In this document: positions 57,334 to 64,000 of the stretch, piece after piece | Layout: every line of letters starts with the position of its first letter | How positions within the stretch are numbered: position 1 is the stretch's first letter | Assembly (NCBI GenBank): GCA_904063045.1 | Contig: CAJFCJ010000016.1 | Span: forward strand, 62,001 to 126,000 | DNA from: Dimorphilus gyrociliatus | Lineage: Eukaryota > Animalia > Annelida | Direction: 5' to 3' | DNA length: 64,000 nt | Position numbers and translations under genes: made by a program | The notes under the pieces: model-generated | What the model saw: the letters and a program-made list of their open reading frames with translations, nothing else | Database searches by the model: none | What the model was told of the DNA's origin: nothing

Positions 57334-57349
57334 TCATTCAAGCTCCTCT
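56878..57349 (-). other. Long rod-like RNA secondary structure in the NAA20 mRNA
   Basis: Nested inverted repeats read from the sequence, including a perfect 13-bp pair (57312-57324 with 56917-56929) and a 13-bp pair with 2 GU (57157-57169 with 56940-56952), plus about six more helices in colinear order. Confidence 0.8.
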
Positions 57350-58103
57350 GGTCTAATTGGATCTTTAGGAGCTATTAGAGATTTCTTCTCTTTGTCGGCT
57401 GGCAGCGCCTTTCTCATATCAAATGCATCTTCTTCAGCCTCAGTCGGTGTTCCTGAATAGTAACTGAGAACTCGTCGATATACAATATAGCCGAAATTTT
57501 CGTACATTTTTATGGCAACTTTATTCGAAACTCGCACAAAAAGGTCAACAAAATGGCAATCTTGCCTTTAGAAAAAGAATGTTATAAATAGAAAATGTTG
57601 TTAAAATACGAAAAATAGACTTACTTTTCAGAATATTCTTCTAATGACTGCATAAGCTTTCTTGCTATTCCAAGTCGCCTATATTCTGGTGCTACTGTGA
57701 GAGCAGTAACATGACCATGCCAGTTATCCCCAGTTCCCTCAACTTTTCCTAAGACTATAGTAAATACAAATTAAATTTAACTCTTTATATTTTTATACTC
57801 GTATTAACTCACTGTATCCCTGAATTCTACCATCAGGCCCTTCAGCTACCAAACATAGCTCTGGCCATTTGGTTAAATACATCATGTAGAAAAAATTTCC
57901 ATACTATTAAAACGAAAAAATAGAGATTTATTGTTTGAACTCTATAAAACTATTTAATATAACTTACAGTTTCGGTATAAGGATCAAGGTTTCTGTGGGT
58001 AGTTGAGCGATATTAAAATATATTTTTAAAGTTACTTTTGTTGAACTTACATATTATTAAATTGAAAAAGGTCACTAGACGTGAAAGGCCTAATATTTGT
58101 CAT
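57334..58103 (-). CDS. NAA20: N-alpha-acetyltransferase 20, NatB catalytic subunit (176 aa)
   Basis: MTNIRPFTSSDLFQFNNINLDPYTETY, WHGHVTALTVAPEYRRLGIA, FVDLFVRVSNKVAIKMY, EDAFDMRKAL, ends PIRPEELE*; five coding exons. Confidence 0.97.
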
Positions 58104-58731
58104 TACAACCCAAAATTCGTAAGTAACAAATATTCACCAAATTAATAGATTATTAACAACTCAAATCCTCAGCAAACACAAATGTGATATATTTTAAATC
58201 AATGCCGAACTTCATTCAAAAAGAATATTTTTTGTTCACTGCATAATACAATCGGATATATAGAACACACAACGCCACCTAGTTTCTGGTTGTCGATACA
58301 ATAGTAATATTGCCAGTAATATGATTTAATACATTGAAAACTAATAATAGTAGATACACTAAAACACTTTTATCGAATTAATATATCAATTAAAATTTGT
58401 TGAATATGCTGTCAACGATTAGATAAAAACATATAAATAACAAATAGCTATATATACCAAAGCCCTTTAGAGTATAGTATAGAAAAAGTTAAACAAGCGT
58501 ATAGTAGGGTTGAATAGTATTTTTTAGAAAGTTTATTTTGCTTCTAAAACCCTAAAAAAGAGTTAAAAGTTAGATGGCGCCACAAACGAAATTCATATGT
58601 TGAGCTATAAACAACTGGAGAATCTAGAAGATTTTTTATAGAATTTTATGGTAGTTCTCGATTCTAATATTTTGCCAATATCCCGCGAAACTTTTGGTTT
58701 ATAGGTAAAAACAAGACGTGTTTTTAAAAGG

Positions 58732-60676
58732 ATGGAGAATGAAGAATTGGTAAATAAACTGAAAGAATGTACAAGGCGCTATGAGGATCAATGTGATGCA
58801 GAAACTAGGCTTGAGTGCAATCAATATCTGACCTTTCATTCGCGTTATGAAAAAAATTTCTCTCCATATAATTTTGGATTAAAATTCAATAGTTTTGCAA
58901 AGTTAATAGATAATGAAAGGCAGAGAGGAGGATTTGAAAATTTTAGGGAAGAAACGGGCGAAGTTTTAGTATCGGAGAACAGAAGTTTCGATTCTTGGAA
59001 AAGTTCTTTATCTTTCGATAAAGTGAAAGATTTAGATTTTGTTCAAAACTTTTTAATGTGTTGTAAGAAATCTTCAAAGTTATTTGACGCCTTTGAGGAA
59101 GTTGACCAGCCCATTAGGTGAATAATCTGTATGAAAGAGGAAAAACGATAATGGATGTAATTTCTTATAAAGAGATTTATCAATTTGTTATTTTCAGATT
59201 GGGTGGATGTGGATCACAGTCTCTAGATGGCTCAAATGAAGAAAAGAATGAATTTGAAAGGAGAAAGATACCTCCCAAGAGTACACTATTTTATTCTAAT
59301 TCTCAGGCAAGACATGACCCTCCTACGAGATCGATATCTATTGAAAAAGAAGAGAAAAACAGATATACTCATGAGGAGCATCCACCACCTCGTCATGTCG
59401 ATAAAAGTAGTTTACCCGGATTTAAAACGGCTAAAGAACAATTACTTGAAGATATGAAAACTAAAGGAAAATCAGCGTCGTCTTTCAATCAGAATGGACC
59501 GTCTAAAAAATCACTCGGGGGTAAAAGAACTATTCACTCCAGTTTTGTTCCCCCTCGAATTGGTGGTGGGAATGATAATCAGCCCCAGTCAAATTCAAAT
59601 TCTTCAAACTCTTCGAATACATCCGATGCCTTTAAAGAATTATGTGCTGATGAGAGGTTGAAAAACTTTGAGCCTAAAATTGTTGAATTAATCATGAGCG
59701 AAATTGTTGACAAATCGGCTCCAATAAGATGGGAAGATATTGCCGGGTTGGAATTCGCTAAAAAGACTATTATGGAGGTAATTGTATATCCAATGCTGAG
59801 ACCCGATTTATTTTCTGGTCCATTGAGACAACCTCCGAAGGTAATTTTTACATTGGTTTTTTATCAGTGTCTAAAATATTTAGCTTTACTTAAATTGTTT
59901 TCAGGGTGTTCTTTTATTTGGTCCTCCAGGGACGGGGAAGACTTTAATTGGAAAGTGCATTGCGTCACAGTCCAACTCAACTTTTTTCAGTATATCGGCG
60001 TCAAGCTTGACGTCTAAATGGGTAGGAGAGGGTGAAAAATTAGTGAGATGTCTATTCGCACTTGCTAAAGTTCATCAGCCCTCGGTAGTCTTTATTGACG
60101 AAATTGATTCTCTACTGTCTCAAAGATCTGGTTAGTTTAGAGAGCTCTGTAGGGAAGATTAGAGGTCTAATTTATATTTTAATTGTAGATAGTGAGCACG
60201 AATCGTCTCGGAGAATTAAAACTGAATTTCTAGTGCAATTAGATGGAGCTACAACGGAAGATGACGAAAGAATATTATGTATAGGAGCAACGAATCGCCC
60301 GCAAGAGATAGACGAAGCTGCTAGAAGAAGATTCGTAAAAAGACTATACGTTCCACTACCTGATTATCCGGCTAGAATTCAAATATCTAGAAAGCTGTTC
60401 TCTAATCAATCACATAATCTATCCGAAGAAGATTTCGAAAATATTGGTGGGAAATCTGATGGATTTTCAGGAGCAGACATGACTAACTTATGCAGAGAAG
60501 CGGCTATGGGTCCTATAAGAGCTATAAGAGATATCAGTAAAGTAAAATCTGACGAGATAAGAGCAATTTCAATGATGGATTTCGATGCTGCTTTTAAAAC
60601 TGTAAAAGCTACAGTATCGAATGACGATCTGGTTGGATATGTTAAATGGGATAAGCAGTTTGGAGCCGGTTGTTGA
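58732..60676 (+). CDS. FIGNL1: Fidgetin-like 1 AAA ATPase
   Basis: KKSLGGKR...[31 protein letters not shown], Walker [41 protein letters not shown]; introns 59118-59198, 59842-59905 and 60131-60190. Confidence 0.93.
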
Positions 60677-61186
60677 AATATTATACATGTTACACAAAAT
60701 ACAATCACGTTTTTTCTCATCTTATATCAAATGAATGAAAAAAAGAGAAAATAAAGCAAAATAATTAAAGTCTCCTACTTTAATTTTGAAAAGTAGTTGA
60801 CGAGAAAATGCAACATCATGGGAGAAATGATTGAATTTATGTTGAATTTAATTAAAAACCAATTAGCTCAACAAAAATCTAATTAAAAACAAAATGAAAT
60901 AAATTTGGTTTATTAAAAAATTCAGTAGAAGTAACGAAATATAATAATGTTTTTAACGTCAAAATAAGATCAATTTTAATACGTTTTAACAGCTAATCTC
61001 TGTATTGAGTTAAAAAAATTTTTGTTCTTAATGATGATAATGACAATAATGTAGTCGAAGATTACATTACGGCTAAAATATATATATTGGCACGATTGAC
61101 TAGAAATAAGCCATATGTATACTGTATATATACAAGTATTTTATATAGTATACATTTATTTATACATATATATTTAAATTTTATAC

Positions 61187-61679
61187 ATTGCTTCCTATTT
61201 GTGAAATTTCCCAATTCATGAAATGGTCATTTACATGTATAAGTTGTAAAATCTCTTACAATTTGCTGAATGATGGACTTTTGACTGTCAAAATAATAGG
61301 TTCTTTAAAATGTTATATTCACACCTTATATTGCAAACAAGATCATATCCATACTGTAAACCCATCTTATATTCTGGTATAAATTAGCTTAATAGATAAA
61401 TGTACAACGTTATGATTTCAAATTTTTTGAAGAAATGTCATTGGTGAGAATGTCCTTTCAATTTTAAAAGGACTCTGTAAAGAGAAGATTAACACATTTA
61501 CAGAAATTTTGAGCTTGTTTCATATAGTGAAGAAAATGTACAAAAATATCAATGGGAAGTAATGGCTACCAAGGAATCTGTGCCTCTAAAAGAACTTGCA
61601 ATTAGAGAGATTGTTAGAGCAGGAAGCAAGCAGGTTGTCCATTTCGTGAAATGGGCAATTTCACATAATGGGATGTAAT
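61187..61679. repeat. Imperfect inverted repeat (30-nt core, 26/30 identical) flanked by TA-rich microsatellite
   Basis: 61200-61229 TGTGAAATTTCCCAATTCATGAAATGGTCA versus the reverse complement of 61636-61665, TGTGAAATTGCCCATTTCACGAAATGGACA. Confidence 0.75.
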
Positions 61680-61924
61680 ATATATAATATATATATATAT
61701 GTGTGTGTGTGTGTTTTACTATGACAGATATGTTATTTTCCATTAATAGGTCATACAATAGTGCAGACATAAGTAATTGTTTAGATGATTCATTGCAGTT
61801 AATTGGTTAAAAATTTTCTCTTCTCTCTTATAAAGAACTGTCGGAGCATTTAATACTCGAATAAATCAGTGAGCAACGTGGTTCATTCAAAAATAATAAT
61901 TAATATTAAACACTTGTTTCCTTT

Positions 61925-64000
61925 TCAGTCTTCTTGGATGACCTCCTTGGCCCCTATTTCTGATTTGACTTTCTTAAAACATTCTTCCAAAAAGGTGTGC
62001 TATTATTAAAAAAATATTCGTTATATTTATTAAAAATGAACTAGATGAGTATATTATAAACTATATATAGAAAATATAGGAAATATGGGAAAAATTTCCC
62101 ATTTTTAGAAATACAGTATTATTCCCAGTGTTTGTAATTATTTGCATTGTATAAATAATATCTTATTGTCTATCCTTTGTATGACGTATTATTTCTTTAT
62201 AGTGTAGTTAAATACAATATATGTTATATAGTGTATTTTCCAAAAATATCAATACTTACAAAATTTGTAAATATCCGAACTAATCTCGGTTTCTTTCCAG
62301 GTCTTTCGTATTCAAAGTTAAATGAACTGCCGTTATAATCTGATTCAAAACTTGAAATATCTTTCCAACTGAACTCAATTACTTGGTTCTATGAATGAGA
62401 TTATATTTTATTATTGACAACTCCCAAAAAAAATGACCAGCTGATTGAGTAACTTACCTCTACAGTTCCATCTTCTTTGCAGGCTTGTAATCTAAAAGCG
62501 GTAAACGACACTCTGGCAACCACGTGACCGTCTTTTCTCGAATCGCACGAACAGTGAGGAAATGCAATTTCACCGTAGTTATCGAACGATGCCACCTCGA
62601 GCAAGTATTTGTCAATTCTATTGGCCTTCTTTAAAACATTTATATGGGAAACTTTCGATGGTTTAACTTTAATATTTCCCTTCGAAATATCCTCCGTAAC
62701 GTTGTGAAAGACAAATGAACGGGCCAGCTGGTCTTCATATAGTATTTCCTTTTCTAACTCAATGTTAAAAAGCCATTTTTTAAGGGCAATACAAGATGGA
62801 GCCGCAGTATTATAGTTTTGAATGTAGATACTATGAGGTTGTTCCTGGTCCATAATTTTACGATCTAAAATACAAGAAACATTCTGGTTGACAATATGCA
62901 AAATTCGTATTTAGATTATAAAATAAAGAATATAATTACCGAAATTGGTGTCAACAATTTCAAAAAGTGCAAAATGTTTCGCGATTTCGGTTTTCATACC
63001 AATCTTTTTCGTTACTAACTGTTTTTTGATATTTTTGTTTTTTTATAAAGAAAATAGAAGATAGTGGAACGTGTATATAAAATATTATTTCTTAGCTGAA
63101 CTTACTGAATGAACTTTTCTGGCGTCGGCATCTTTTGATATAATTATACTTGCAATATTTTTATCGGGTAATAAAATCTTGAGTTGAACTTCGCTTTTAT
63201 CACTCGTCTAGTAAAATCATATATAAATATAATATAAGATATGATAATAAGACGCTATCAACTTACTCCATTTTCTGACTGTGTTCCAAGGAACTCCTGC
63301 ATGCCATCACTATCCGCAATTACCCTAACTGAGCATACTTTTTCTAAATATTGTTCTAAACCTCTCCGCCTAGCATCCAATTGTTGTTCAGACATTGTAA
63401 AAGGCCATTTGCCAGGAAATTTTGGAAATTGAAAATCGGGGAATTCTCTTTTTAGAATATTGTGAATGTTAGAAAATTCTCTATATCTCCTTGAACATAG
63501 ATGACGTCCTGCCATGTGTATATGATACACAATAAACCGACTGTCCGAATCACGTAGTGTCTCATAGTCTGGTATAGTTATAGGCAACGACCGCTTATCC
63601 GAATAATCAACTGTTGAAGGTCCGGACGATTCATCCGACGGTTCTAGACGTTCGGCAACTTGTCTTGGAACTGATATAACTATTTTATAAAAAAAATTAC
63701 ATATTAGATAGTCACGTAACAGTTATTAAATATTAGTAAACATATATTTTCTTACCTGTTAATGTCAAAACATCTCCTCCAGATTTTATCAGATCAACAA
63801 CATGTTTGTGGGTGGAACCTTCCACATTAGCCCCATTACTGGAGGAAACCAATAAAATTTTAATTAAAAGTTAATTATGATATATTTTAAGCCGATAAAG
63901 ATTATAATCTGGACAGTTTTTAAATGGAAATAATATATATGGACTACCCAATTGACCAGATCGGTAAATAAAAAGAGAAATATGTAAATTGTAATATGTT
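61925..64000 (-). CDS. SNX27: Sorting nexin 27 (PDZ-PX-FERM-like), 5'-partial
   Basis: PDZ end ([17 protein letters not shown]), [17 protein letters not shown] ([36 protein letters not shown]), [19 protein letters not shown]; last exon ends EVIQED* (61925-61927). Confidence 0.96.

Noticed and set aside
56752-57336. Selenocysteine decoding of the two UGAs
   Set aside because: I found no SECIS core (RUGAN/NGAN quartet with apical AA) downstream; kept only as a remote alternative.
58732-60676. Apparent frameshifts or split ORFs in FIGNL1, ASCC3 and PSAP
   Set aside because: All are resolved by canonical GT-AG introns; no pseudogenisation.

Overview
AT-rich eukaryotic (animal) DNA with very high gene density: about 23 intron-containing protein genes in 64 kb, and most introns about 50-130 nt. 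This fits a miniaturised lophotrochozoan genome; the annelid Dimorphilus gyrociliatus is my inference, not verified. Genes in order: multi-SUEL lectin (+, partial), prosaposin (-), ASCC3 (+) hosting a nested antisense 3-exon glycosyltransferase-like gene in one 2-kb intron, a small orphan membrane protein (-), RSPRY1 (+), VPS16 (-), ATP synthase subunit c (-), TMBIM6 (+), SNAPC5-like (-), JAZF1 (+), prag01/COX7B-like (+), an AT-hook C2H2 zinc-finger gene (-), DNAAF4 (-), NOL8-like (+), RAB6 (+, with a U12-type intron), RFK (+), a single-BIR IAP (+), TMF1 (-), PRPF40A (-), NAA20 (-), FIGNL1 (+) and SNX27 (-, partial). The most unusual locus is the NAA20 3' end (56.75-57.35 kb). The stop region reads UGA-CAA-UGA-CUC, and an intron follows 26 nt after the first stop. 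The spliced product stays in frame with a 75-codon two-TM ORF, one UAG, and 65 more open codons. The spliced RNA is predicted by eye to fold into a rod of about 8 nested helices that spans the splice junction and pairs all three stop codons, suggesting structure-dependent recoding (readthrough and/or A-to-I editing) to a membrane-anchored NatB catalytic subunit. No tRNA, rRNA, CRISPR array or transposase ORF was recognised. Gene models and RNA pairings were read by hand, without computation.
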